From positions 97,464,001-97,528,000 of the forward strand of contig OX597818.1 of the NCBI GenBank assembly GCA_951406725.2: DNA of 64,000 nucleotides, written 5' to 3'. The position numbers and the translations under genes are program-made. Shown piece after piece: positions 27,102-41,026 of the stretch (its first letter is position 1; each line of letters begins with the position of its first letter). The notes under the pieces are model-generated. The model saw nothing but the letters and a program-made list of their open reading frames with translations. It searched no databases and was not told where the DNA came from. The DNA comes from Octopus vulgaris. Taxonomy: Eukaryota.

Positions 27102-28412
27102 GATGGGATAGCGGAAAAAAAACGTTCGAAAAAACAAAAAAAACAAAAAACAAAAATTATCGTATGAAAAAAATAGAAATAAAGGGGATAGCGAAAAAAG
27201 GGGAAAAACAAACGTTCAAAAAAACAAAAAAATAATAATCGTATGAAAAAACTAGATAAGTAAGCGATAGGGGCAGAAAAGACGGGGCAAACGGAAAAGG
27301 GAAAGAAAGAAGGGAAGCAGAGAGAGGGGGAGGCAAAAAAAGGGGGGTGCAGGCAGAGGAAACGGAGTATGGACATCCAGAGAGGGAAGAAAGACGGAAA
27401 GGAGAACAAAAATTCAGGAAAATGTGGGAAGCATGAAATGAATGTAAAAAAAGTGGTAATATAAGAGAAAATAAAAATACAACAAACGGGACAGTTTATG
27501 CGAACAAGTTCAAGGTTGAAAGTTCAAGGTGAGAAATGTGTAGACGTCGTGGTATATTTTTTAAATGTATATATATATATATATTTCGTCCTTCTAATTG
27601 TTGTTTCTCTTGTCCGCATTTGTATCGTCTATCTGTCCGAACGTTTAAATGCCCTCTATTGCGTTTTTGTTACACACACACACACACACACATTAACGGT
27701 GGAGAGGACATTGATATATCTATAGCACACTCACACCACACAAAGTACTGTCACGCGAACACTTGCCAAACCTTTTCGTTGTCACAACACCAGGCCCCGT
27801 CCCCAAAATTTTGTAAAGCGAAACAAGACTGCTTTCCTCTTTCGGACGCAGGATGAATTTTTTTCTTTTTTCTTTTTTTTTTGAGAGGGGAGCAATGAAC
27901 CGTCAGATAACCATGGAATATCCTTGGCTCTCATGCCCTGGATTAATGTACCGACTAAGCCCTGACCCTTTCGTTATATAAATCCCCGCCCACAGCTGCG
28001 AAATAGAGACCGTTGGTTTAGAACCTGAACCTATGGAAGGGGGTTGAGGTTGAATCGTGTACATCACACTTCATGATCTGTTAGAAATAGCAGCCAAATC
28101 TCTCTAAAAAGATATATTCTACCATCTGAGAAAAGACAATGTGCTCCTGGATTCCCTGCACACGGGAAAAGTACCCCCTCCCATTCTCGGAATAGTCACT
28201 GTTGAAATGTCTGCTCGGATAAAGCCGGCCTAGTGTAAAACAACAACAACAACAATAATAACAGCAACACCGTTCCTTGTCCCGATGGTGTCCATGAAAA
28301 CCCACCTCGATTTATTAGTGACCACACTGTTTCTGGTGACATCGTCATTCATCAGTCATTGTGTGAGGAAATAGCAGCTTAGTATTATTCTATAGAGACA
28401 TGTAGTTCTAAC

Positions 28413-28790
28413 TAGCAGTATAGCCCGGCGTTGATCGGGTTTGTTTCGACTCTTTAGAATTGGAATTTTTGAAAAGTAAAAATTTTGCATTATGTAGCTT
28501 GTTATTCTCTTTAAGTGAACATTTTTCTGGTTGAAATACACCGAAAAATGGCGACACAGCAGTCAAAAAATCATTGAAAAAAAGCATCTTTTTGATGTAA
28601 ATAATTTTTGGTGTTAACATGGTCCGATTTGATTTTTTTTTCTTCTACGGAAGGAAGAGCAAACCTTCTTCTATCATGCTCTCAATTTTGGTCAACTTGC
28701 GCCGCAGGGTCTCGGATGAGATAGTGTTAGTTGAAGGCTACCAAACCTGCCATACACAGACAACTTCAGCATTATATATATATATATATA
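28413..28790 (-). mobile_element. Non-autonomous Helitron-like element
   Basis: Minus strand ends CCCGATCAACGCCGGG...CTGCTAGT; second copy at 56745-57131. Confidence 0.75.
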
Positions 28791-29587
28791 TAGATGTAAC
28801 CCCCAGAAAAAAAAAAAATCAACGTCATTCATTATGTTTCACAGTCAAACCTTTTGAATTGTAAGTACAATACATTTTGTGTCATTTTAACGTGCAGATT
28901 TTATCGTTAAACCGAAGCCTTAATCCTCAACTCTAATCCTAGCAGGTCATTTCACAGCGTAAATATCGATACTAACGTAGCCCTTGCGCTAAGGTAGCAC
29001 CCTTCATCAGCCGGGCAGCCAGCATGACACGATTAGAGGCTATAACATAAAAGACAGTCAGTCGTCCACAATGCCACCTAGCGGATGTCGAACCCGGGAC
29101 GTCAAGATTCCAAAGCGAACTTCCTAACCGTTTAGCCATGCCTGCATGTATTTATAACGACCAGCAAAATAGCTAATCTTTTCCGCACCTTTGTTTTTTA
29201 ATATCAATTGTGATAACATGAGGCCAACGATACATTATAAGTAGCAACGTTTATGTACACATATTACAAATATTATCTTTTTATCTCACTGAGTAACGCT
29301 GTTGTTGGAATACGAGTCATGACTGGCCATTTGAACATCGGTGTCTATGTACGAGATGTGTGTGTGAATGTGTGTAAATTTTTGTACTCTAGTATTTGTT
29401 GAAAAAGAATTGGCTTTGACAATAGTAAGTGATGATACATCCGGTTCAAATTGATAAAGCGAAAGAGAGAACAAAACCCCACCTAACATCTATCAGTATA
29501 ATGGTAACACGAGACAAAGAGGCACAGAATTAGAATGTATGAAACATTTAAAGAGAGTCCGAGTGATTATATATATATATATATAAC

Positions 29588-30582
<995 letters not shown>

Positions 30583-30782
30583 GGTGCCACACTGTAGGAC
30601 TGAACTCGAAAGAATGTGGTTGGGAAGCAAACTTCTTGCCACAGAGCCAAGCCTGTGTCTATATATGCGTATGTGTGTGTTCAAACATACACAAACACAA
30701 GCACATACGCAAGCACACATACACACGCACAAGTACACACACACAAGCACACACACACACACAAGCATACACGCAGTGTAAA

Positions 30783-31107
30783 GACCCCCTTCAGTCACAA
30801 ATGATCATGGGATTGCAACTAGAAAGTGCCCTTCCGAGATACAAGACCGGGAAGGTTGTTTATGGAAGACTAGCAGTCACCCATGCATACAAGCCTCTCA
30901 TCTCCACGCCACCGATGTTATCCAAGGGAAAGGAAAGGGCCGATGCAGCTTGGCACCATTGACGTAGCAACTCATTTTTGCAGCTGAGTGAACTGGAGCA
31001 ACACGAAATAAAGTGTCTTGCTCGAGAACACAAGACACAACCTGATCCGGGAATCGAACCCACAACCTCACGATTGTAATCGCTATGCTCTAATCACTGA
31101 GCCACGA
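30783..31107 (-). mobile_element. tRNA-derived SINE
   Basis: Minus strand CGTGGCTCAGTGATTAGAGC...GGTTCGATTCCCGG; related copy at 37748-38075 (+). Confidence 0.7.
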
Positions 31108-31114
31108 GCTATGC

Positions 31115-31146
<32 letters not shown>

Positions 31147-32296
31147 ACATGTGCATATACCCATGTGCACCAAAATCTTTTAAGTACTTGGGAGCTATAT
31201 AAGTCTTAATCCGGTTCTGGTCTGACCACAGTGGCTCAGCGGGCTAAGATGGCTGCGGTGATCAGCAAGTCGTAGGTTTTACACTGGAATGGGCTCCTCT
31301 TTGGTGAATTGTCTTACAGAGCTGAAGAATTCCACCTATCCTGGAGTTACCAGAAGGGTGTCAAAGAGGGCATCGAGCCGCCTGAAGGACTTCACTACTT
31401 TATTTGCTGTCGAGGTTGACTACCCTATCCTTTTACTTTCTCAAATCTTTGCGAGTATATGTTTGGAGTTTCTTCTATAATATGCTAATTAACCCATAGC
31501 TGGGACCCAAACAAAATACGTCACAGATAAGATAAAAAGTTGCAAAGCATTTGAGATGGTGTTCTGGCTTTGATATTTTAGCCCCTCACTTCAAATAAAC
31601 TATTGCCAACATTTATCTGAAGGATTAAAAGCAACCTTCAACTTAGAAACAAGGAGTGGATTAAATACTGTAAAGTACTTAATCGGTCGATACACCTACC
31701 TGCTGTAATTCTACCGCACAAGCCAACATAGGAGCCTATACATGGTCATTAGATGTGCTAGAAATAGCAGCAAATCTCCCACAGATCACACCTGCCATCT
31801 TAGAAAAAGGACACATTGGATAATATGTTTCTAGGTTTCCTACAGGGAGAAAAGACGAGCTGGTTACGGCTGGAGTGTCTTAATCAACAAGTTTCTTAAT
31901 TCCCTACTATTATCAACATTATCAACAAATATCGTTCTTTCTTTTCGGTGCAACGTGACTGAATAGTTTAAAAAAAATTTTTTTTTTCACAAAATTAACG
32001 TTGAAAACATGATAGTTTTCGTTTTAAATAAAGTTAAGTGAGTTTCGAACACTGCACTGCAAAATTCACAAGTTGATTTGATATTAACAGAATATCAGAT
32101 CAACTGGTGAGTAAAACTTTTGTCACTTTTCGAAAAGCTGAAGCCCAACCTATTAAAGTGCAAAGAGATTTTGAATAAAGTGTCAATGTTCGGCCGTACA
32201 TATTCTATTACGAGTCTGCCATATCTTTTCAAATGAAGCCATATATAACATGCTTCAGCTGCATTTCTCAAGTGTATCTACTGCTGCTGCTGTTGT

Positions 32297-32645
32297 TGAG
32301 CGAAATGGTCTTCGTCCCAGTGAGAGAAGTCCGAAACGAGGTCCTTTGCTATTCGTAAGACCCGCAGAAGAAAAAGCAGGTCAAGCCCCGACACCGAGAG
32401 CATCGACGGATGGATGAATGCGCATCCAGGCTCAGCGGTTGCGTAGGAAGTCGGGGACAAGAAACAGGAAGAAAGAGTGAGAGAAAGTTGGGGAGAAAGA
32501 GTACAACAGGGGTCGCCGCACCCGGAGACTCGTGGAGCTTTAAATGTTTTCGCTCAATAAACACACACACGCCCGGTCTGGGAATCGAAACCGCGATCTT
32601 CCGACCGCGAGTCCGCTACCCTAACCACTGAGCCATTGCGCCTCA
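32297..32645 (-). mobile_element. tRNA-derived SINE
   Basis: Minus strand GAGGCGCAATGGCTCAGTGGTTAGGG...GGTTTCGATTCCCAGACCGGGCG; head shared with 11932. Confidence 0.7.
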
Positions 32646-32886
32646 TGTGTATCTATTATAAGTTGTGGAGACACGATAAAAGTAACTGGACAATATGCAG
32701 TATAGAGCTAAAAAAAAAATGGAAGTAAATTGACCGGAAGTGATAACTGACATCCCGTAATTTTGAAAAGAGAACTATGGAATCTCTCAGTTTTATTAGT
32801 AAAACTCCCCCTATTATACCGCGTCCAAAGCTATTTACTTGTATAGTACATTCTACTGATATATTAAACATTTCAGAAAGTATACC

Positions 32887-33304
32887 TATTTCTTTATTAC
32901 TCACAAGGGGCTAAACACAGAGGGGACAAACAGGACAGACAAAGGGATTAAGTCGATTATATCGACCCCAGTGCATAAATGGTACTTAATTTATCGACCT
33001 CGAAAGGATGAAAGGCAAAGTCGACCTCGGCGGAATATGAACTCACAACGTAACGGCAGACGAAATACCTATTTCTTTACTACCCACAAGGGGCTAAACA
33101 CAGAGGGGACAAACAAGGACAGACAAACGGATTAAGTCGATTATATCGACCCCAGTGCGTAACTGGTACTTAATTTATCGACCCCGAAAGGATGAAAGGC
33201 AAAGTCGACCTCTGCGGAATTTGAACTCAGAACGTAACGGCAGACGAAATACCGCTAAGCATTTCGCCCGGCGTGCTAACGTTTCTGCTAGCTCACCGCC
33301 TACT
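32887..33304 (-). mobile_element. Dimeric Nin/Deu-like SINE with 16-bp target-site duplication
   Basis: TSD TTTCAGAAAGTATACC at 32871-32886 and 33305-33320; two tandem monomers inside. Confidence 0.85.
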
Positions 33305-33547
33305 TTTCAGAAAGTATACCGTCCCAGCGTTCTCTGACCAGCAACGATCAGCACAGAGAAAGCAAATCGGGGGTGTGCATATCGACACATGATAAACCAA
33401 CACACACAGTTACATAAGAGCAATGCAATAATCCTGTATGATTAATTAAATGTAGGGAAAGAACTGATGGGAAGCGGTGGTATTCTTCCTATCGATTCAC
33501 GTTCCGTACATTGGTTATGTTACATAAATTTCCTATATTTCCTATAA

Positions 33548-33711
33548 TAGGCGTAGGAGTGACTGTGTGGTAAGTAGCTTGATTACCAACCACAGGGTTC
33601 CGGGTTCAGTCCCACTGCGTGGCACCTTGGGCAAGTGTCTTCTACTATAGCCTTGGGCCGACCAAAGCCTTGTGAGTGGATTTGGTAGACGGAAACTAAA
33701 AGAAGCCCGTC

Positions 33712-33758
<47 letters not shown>

Positions 33759-34303
33759 CACATATTTGCCAACTAAGGGTGGATGCTACTGTAGTTTGTA
33801 GCCCCAGGAAGGTATCTCCTCCAGCTGGTTATAGACACACTATCTGTGCCCTATCAGTATTTGTGAAGGGAAGTCAATCTTCCCGTATTCAACTTATGAT
33901 ACACACGGACTCGAGTTTCAAGGTGTTTACCTATCATCAGCATGTGACAATCACAGTTGTCGACGAGAAGTCAGCTCCCTTCACAAATACATATACTTTT
34001 TCCAGTGTCGATTGACACTGATATTAAAAAAGTGAAATCAAACAATGATAAATCAATGTTGATAGGTAAACACCTTGAAACTCGAATCCGTGTGTATCAT
34101 AAGTTGAAGACGGGAAGGTTGACTTCCCTTCACAAATACTGATAGGCCACAGATAGTGTGTCTATAGCCAGCTGGAGGAGATATCTTCCTGGGGCTACAA
34201 ACTACAGTAGCATCCACCCTTAGGGGTTAGCCATATTCAAATGGCAAATATACGTCACGATGTGTTACCGCTACTGTTTATAACTCGCTCTGAGATTTAT
34301 CAT

Positions 34304-34387
<84 letters not shown>

Positions 34388-34562
34388 TGTGTCTGTGTTT
34401 GTTCCCCCAACATCACTTGACAATCGAACTTAGCGGTTCGGCAAAAGCGACCGTTAGAATAAGTACTAGGCTTCCAAAGAATAAGACCTGGGTTCGATTC
34501 GCTCGACTAAAGGCGGTGCTCCATCATGGCCACAGTCAAATGACTGAAACAATTAAAAGAGT
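33548..34562 (+). mobile_element. CORE-like SINE interrupted in its microsatellite by a fold-back element
   Basis: Head 33548-33715, tail 34385-34562. Confidence 0.7.
33755..34258. mobile_element. Fold-back/MITE-like element with ~165-bp inverted arms
   Basis: Ends GTGACACATATTTGCCA / TGGCAAATATACGTCAC; arms ~33774-33940 and ~34061-34223. Confidence 0.8.
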
Positions 34563-34619
34563 ATTTGAAATTATCAGATTTTACCATCGTCACTAACGAT
34601 TCTACTAGCTCGCCGCCTA

Positions 34620-34680
<61 letters not shown>

Positions 34681-34853
34681 GTTTCAAATTTTATCACAAG
34701 GGCAGCAATTTTTGTTTTTGGTGGGGGAAGGATAATTCGATTACAACGATCCTAGTGTTTAAATGGTACTTATTTTATCGACCCTGAAAGGATGAAAGGC
34801 AAATTCGAACTCGGTAATGGTTTTGTCTGTTACACGTAAATGTAAACACTTCT

Positions 34854-34888
<35 letters not shown>

Positions 34889-34904
34889 TTCTTTTTCTTC
34901 TTCT

Positions 34905-34951
<47 letters not shown>

Positions 34952-35137
34952 TCCTCCTCCTCCTCCTCCTCTTCCTCTTCCTCCTCCTTGCCCCCCGCCC
35001 CCAGTAAATAAAGCATCTCCCTATCTCACTCTATACGACCAAGTGCGATCAGGTTTCAGAAAGTAAATATTCAACTGTGAGATAAAATTAGGGGATGGAA
35101 GTATGCCGATTATTTAAAGATAAAGCCTACACATACA

Positions 35138-35168
<31 letters not shown>

Positions 35169-35335
35169 GCGCATATATGCGTGTGCACGCACGTGTGTGT
35201 GTGTGTGTGTTTTTTTATACTGCCATTACCATAACAAATTGGAGTTTTCTGAGACGTAGATATTGCCATTTGTATACTACATACGTACGTACTTGCATAT
35301 CTGCATGTACGCATGTGTTCACACACACACACAAC

Positions 35336-35372
<37 letters not shown>

Positions 35373-35938
35373 ACATACACACACACACACGCACACATCT
35401 ATAAAATGTTGTGTTAGTGTTAGATTTAGTCATTGCCGTTTAGATCACTATTGCTTAGAAATGATGCCACACGAGTCCTAACCGAATTCTATATTTAAAT
35501 ACCAACTCTTTACATAATTCTTTTCTTGTGACTGGGAGGCCCAGTTTAGTTTAATGATTAAGAAGCTCGCTCATAATCACAAGGTCTCGGGTTCGATCGC
35601 CCTGCTTGGCGTCTTGGCTAAAAGTAATTTCCTATAGCCTCGAGTTTGACCCATTCATTGTGAGCGAAATCGGGTAGAAGGAAACTGTATAGAAGCCTTT
35701 CGGGTGCATTGCACCTGTGATTCAAGGGCTACAACCATATCACATACTGTGACATGCTGATTCTGCTTGAGAAGAACGTATGAAACATACATATCTGTGG
35801 AATACTCAGCCATTTATATGCTAATGCAGGAGCAGGTTAATTCCGTTGATCGTACAATTGAATCATCATCGTCTAAGAGGCAGATCCGCCGCCACTGCCA
35901 CTACTACTACTACTACCACCACCACCACCACCACCACC

Positions 35939-35970
<32 letters not shown>

Positions 35971-36443
35971 CAACAACACCATGTATGACGGACAGCCGAC
36001 GAGTTAGAAGCGTTATTGGAATGTCGAAGAGAATGGCTTCCAATATTTGTTCCGGTTTTCCGTGCTCTGAGTTCAAATCCCAGTGAGGTCAATTTTGCTT
36101 TTCATCCTTCTGATCATATACTGATCGATTCCAGTCACACACGGGAGTCGATTCTTCTTGTTCTGTCTCTGTCTCTGTCTGTCTGTCTGTCTCTCTCTCT
36201 GAAACGGCTTCGCTGCGCTGTAATAAAGGTTCGTAAGGAACAACTCCTCGAGTTCTCGCCGCCAGAATTAGACAAGGGCTGAACGAAGATCTAAGCAGCT
36301 TCTTATCAGAGAAAATTAAATATGGTACTGGAACCGCCCAGGAACGAGCCGACGTGCAACATGTGCAACGTGTGCATCACGGAACAGAAATGAATATAAA
36401 AATGAATGCATTGCGGGAGACAAAGAACAAAAAAGTTAATCAA

Positions 36444-36616
36444 TAGGTGTAGGAGTGACTGTGTGGTAAGTAGCTTGCTTACCAACCACATGGTTCCGGG
36501 TTCAGTCCCACTGTGTGGTACCTTGGGCAAGTGTCTTCTACTATAGCCTCGGGCCCACCAAAGCCTTGTGAGTGGATTTGGTAGACGGAAACTGAAAGAA
36601 TCCCGTCGTATATATG

Positions 36617-36662
<46 letters not shown>

Positions 36663-36776
36663 TGTGTGTGTTTGTGTGTGTGTATATATATGTGTATATA
36701 TATGTATATATATATATGTGTATATATATATATATATGTGTATATATATATATGTGTGTATATATATATATATGTG

Positions 36777-36857
<81 letters not shown>

Positions 36858-37068
36858 TTGTGTGTCTCCCCAACATCGCTTGACAATCGATGTGCTTACG
36901 TACATCGGGTGCTTAGGTACCCGTAACTTAGAGGTTCGGCAAAAATGACCCATAGAATAAGTACTAGGCTTACAAAGATTAAGTCCTGGGGTCGATTTGC
37001 TCGACTAAAGGCGGTGCTCCAGCATGGCCGCAATCAAATGACTGAAACAAGTAAAAGAGCAAAAGAGC
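36444..37068 (+). mobile_element. Full-length CORE-like SINE with expanded internal (TA/TG)n
   Basis: Head, GGTACCTTGGGCAAGTGTCTT motif, microsatellite, ACTGAAACAAGTAAAAGAG tail. Confidence 0.85.
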
Positions 37069-39246
37069 ATTTCAAAGAGCTAAACTTACATGACAAGGTT
37101 TCGATTCACCCCCTCAATCGTCTTTTTATTTATTCCTTTTGCATTCACAGGACACGCATAATCGTCTTTACTTCACATATCCCTGTTCAGAAATACAAAA
37201 CCTTTGTGTGTTGTCGAAAGAAACAACTATTTTTGTATAGAGGAGAATGCGTGCATCCAGTCATTTTTTGAATGAAGGCTTCCTTTTGGGAAAGCTATAC
37301 ATGTTTCTCAATCTCATGGGTTTTCTGAAAGATTAGTTTGACTCTGATCAAGCAGACCTGTGGTCAAAGCGAGTCCCCACTTTGTGAAAGAAATCAGTGT
37401 GTGTGTGTGTGAAATCCGATAATGTATTGAACATGAATCCATAGGAACAAAGCCACTGCTTTCCCTTGGTTCTTTCTGTACAGTTCAGAAGTCATGCAGA
37501 ATCATTGTATTGCTCACAGGTAATTGTGTTGGCTATCCATGCGTAGATATGCAAGCCACGGAATTGCCTTTTCAGCGGGCGTCAGTAGCTGGGTAGTGGA
37601 CGCTGGGACGGTGTACCTCAACTGTTATTTAAGATAGCACTAGAATATACTATACAAATAGGTGCCCGTCGACGTGAATTCTGTTAATAAAATTAAGGGA
37701 TTTCGCCAGTTCTCTTTGTTTTGTTTATGTTCCTTTTATGGAACGGTGAAGGTGCATCGCTTAGTGGTTTGTTCGTTGGGCTCACAATCGTGAGGTAGTG
37801 AGTTCGATTCCTACATCAGGCTGTGCGTTGTGTTCTTGACAGAACACATTATTTCACGTTGCTCCAGTTCATTCTGCTGTAGAAAATGAACTGTGACGTC
37901 ATTGGTGCCAGGCTCTATCGGCCTCTGGCTTTCCCTTGGATAATATCGTTGGCGTGGAGAGAGGAGGTTGGTATGCATGGTAACTACTGGTCTTCCGTAA
38001 ACAGCCTTGCCCAGACTTGTGCCTCGGACGGTAACTTTCTAGGTGCAGTCCCATGGTCATTCATGATCAAAGGGTGTATTTAGTTTAGCATGGGACGTTA
38101 CAGTTATCACAGTAGTTATGTCACAGTCGTTACTTCCGACTAATTTACTTAAAATTTATTTTAAAAAACCTCCTAAACTTTATGTTTATTCTCAGTTCAA
38201 TATCTTTCCATTGTATTTTTAAACGTACATCGAAAATTACGTTAAGTTTCTATAAATAATATGTAACAAGTACAAATCGATAGAACTGTTCAGACGAAGT
38301 CCTATCAGAAAATTCTCTCTAGTTCGATATCATATTCAAGCAACACACTACAACAACAATATCACTAGAACGATCACAACAATAGCACTAAAACTAAAAC
38401 AAGTAGGACTTGAATGCAAATTACGACTCAGACTTCCTTAACTACATCTCTCAATTATTAAAAACACAAAAGACAGACTAATAAATAAATAAATAAATAA
38501 AAACAATCTGCGCTGAATTTTTCATGTTTAAGTAGCTCTTCCCCTTCCATTTACTGTTGTGGTCAATTTTTGCATGTACGAACACGTTTGGAGAATTTGA
38601 AAGATTGCTTTTGTATCCGCCATTTATGAGAGTTTTAAAATGTCGGTCATCAAAGCAAAAAAATATTGTTTCCCAAATAGTTCTTAGTATAAAACAAAAA
38701 ACACAAAATGATTACAGTATTCGATATCCCACACGAAGCGAAGAGACAGATTCTTCTTCGTACTACAATCTTCTCTCAGACTTTATTTCACACACACACA
38801 TACACACACACGCACATTATTCTTTTATTCTTTTACTTGTTTGACTGCGGCCATGCTGGACCACCAACTTAAAGGGTTTTAGTCGAACAAGTCAACCAGC
38901 GTTTTAACATCCAGTCTTCCATGCTTGTACGGTTCGTACCGGACTTAGTGTGGGGCCGATTTTAAACACCAGGATGCCTTTCCGGTATCCAGCATTCACC
39001 CGTTTTCAAATATGGTAATATTTCCTCGTAGCCAGACATGTCTTTATAGAAAATGGAAAACGAAGGACACCGCTTACAGGATAGTGACACTCACTCAAAA
39101 CTATCTCGCGTTATCAAAGCAAGGGAACAGTAACACACACAACTATGCACACACACACGTGTATGAATGTATATGTGTTTGTGTATATATAAATGAAAAA
39201 ACAAGTCAGGATAGAAAATGCTAAAATAATTTTATAAAGAACATTT

Positions 39247-39282
39247 CAGTACCGGTTTCAGTCATTGAGACCTTTTCAACTG
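39247..39282 (-). ncRNA. Minimal hammerhead, family C (U3-A8 core), within the 39190-39300 repeat
   Basis: cag TTGAAAA GGTC tcaat GACT GAAA CCGG TA ctg; palindromic stem III ACCGGT. Confidence 0.65.
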
Positions 39283-39530
39283 TAACAATTAAATAATTAA
39301 AAATATATATATATTTATAAATGTAGGTATATGCATTTGTGTGTTCATAAATATATATGTATTTATGTATATATGTACATGTTTGCTAGTATATATATAT
39401 ATTTATATAAACAATAGATTAAATAGAGAGATTCAATTGACAATCTAATAATTCATTTATATTATAATATCACATAATATACTATGAATATAATATAATA
39501 TAACATAAAAAATTATTAAAAAATCAAAAA

Positions 39531-39612
39531 AAGCCAACGCTTTGTTTCGACTTATATACATTATTTGATTTATAAACAATTCATATCCACTTATATAAGT
39601 CTCTTCAGAGCT
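39531..39612 (-). ncRNA. Hammerhead ribozyme, family E (minus arm)
   Basis: agct CTGAAGA GACTTATA..TATAAGTC GAAA CAAAGCG TT ggct. Confidence 0.7.
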
Positions 39613-39693
39613 TTGGTTTAAAAGGCAGACGAAATTCCGTGTGAAAGGACGGCTGGATTGCTCACACGGAATTTCGTCTGCCTTTTGAACCAA

Positions 39694-39780
39694 AGCTCTG
39701 AAGAGACTTATATATATATAAATGGATATGAATCGTTTATAAATCAAATAATGTGTATAAGTCGAAACAAATTGTTGGCT
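39694..39780 (+). ncRNA. Hammerhead ribozyme, family E (plus arm), canonical core
   Basis: agct CTGAAGA GACTTATA..TATAAGTC GAAA CAAATTG TT ggct; 8-bp stem II, stem III ACAA/TTGT. Confidence 0.8.
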
Positions 39781-40024
39781 TTTTGGGTTTTTTAAATAAT
39801 CTTTTTATGTTATCTTATATTATGTTATTTTCATGGTATATTATCTTATAATATAAATGAATTATTAGATTGTCAATTAAATCTCTCTATTTAATTTATT
39901 GCTTATATATTCGTCAGTATATCGCTAATTTTAAGGGATGTTTATTGACAGAATACTTGGAGAGTCGGATAAACTGTTTTTGAGGGCATTTAGAATTGTC
40001 TTTTAAATATTATAGGTTAAAATA

Positions 40025-40235
40025 GGGAGGCTAGCTGGCAGAATCATTAGTACGCTGGGCAAAATGCTTAGCGACATTTAGTCCGTGTGTGCGCTCTGAG
40101 CTCAAATTCCGCCGAGGTCGTCTCTTCTTTTCATCTTTTCGGGGTCGATAAAATAAGTACCAGTTGAGCATTGGGATCCACTTACTCCACTCTCGCGAAC
40201 TTACTGGCCTTGAACCAAAATTTAAAACCAATATT
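40025..40235 (+). mobile_element. Nin/Deu-like SINE
   Basis: GCTGGCAGAATCATTAG...TCAAATTCCGCCGAGGTCG...TTTCGGGGTCGATAAAATAAGTACCAG. Confidence 0.75.
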
Positions 40236-40631
40236 CTAGTTTCAAGTTCAAACAGAGAATAGCCTTCCTTATCATCCAACCAGGGTATATAAATGAATAT
40301 AAGGTCTTGTGTCTGTGCTACAAAATCTGTAAAGAGTTTTACAAGTTACATTAATGTATTTTATTATGTGTTTTTACGTTCTGGGTTCAAACCCAATCGG
40401 GGTCAACTCTCCCATTCATTCATCCAGAGCATATAATCGTTTATAACGCCTCGTGCCTATGCTAAAGCTCAACATATTACCAACTTTTGAAGCGCAGTGG
40501 AGAGGCGCGGAAACAGCAAAATATGAGACTAAATGACAAACCTTATTGGATTTTGTCCCTTTTCGTTAAATGTATAAATCATACCCAACTCGATCTTTTG
40601 TATCACCGGGCGCGATAAAAAAAACAAACAA

Positions 40632-41026
40632 CAGGCGCAGGAGTGGCTGTGTGGTAAGTGGCTTGCTTACCAACCACATGGTTCCGGGTTCAGTCCTACT
40701 GCGTGGCACCTTGGGCAAGTGTCTTCTACTACAGCCTCGGGCCGACCAAAGCCTTGTGAGTGGATTTGGCAGACGGAAACTGAAAGAAGCCCGTCGTATA
40801 TATGTATATATATGTATATATATATGTTTGTATGTGTGTGTATATGTTTGTGTGTCTGTGTTTGTCTCCCCCCATCGCTTGACAACCGATGCTGGTGTAT
40901 TTACGTTCCCGTAACTTAGCGGTTCGGCAAAAGGGACCGATAGAATAAGTACTAGGCTTACAAAAGAATAAGTCCTGGGGTGCTCCAGCATGGCCACAGT
41001 CAAATGACTGAAACAAGTAAAAGAGT
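40632..41026 (+). mobile_element. Full-length CORE-like SINE
   Basis: Head AGGCGCAGGAGTGGCTGTGTGGTAAG to tail GACTGAAACAAGTAAAAGAG. Confidence 0.85.

Larger units (their letters stand above)
39406..39907. mobile_element. ~500-bp palindromic element with one hammerhead per arm
   Basis: Arms ~39406-39644 and ~39662-39907; 17-nt loop AAGGACGGCTGGATTGC. Confidence 0.85.

Noticed and set aside
27970-27995. TATATAAA plus CCCCGCCC promoter-like juxtaposition
   Set aside because: No downstream exon or ORF supports it; such motifs arise by chance.
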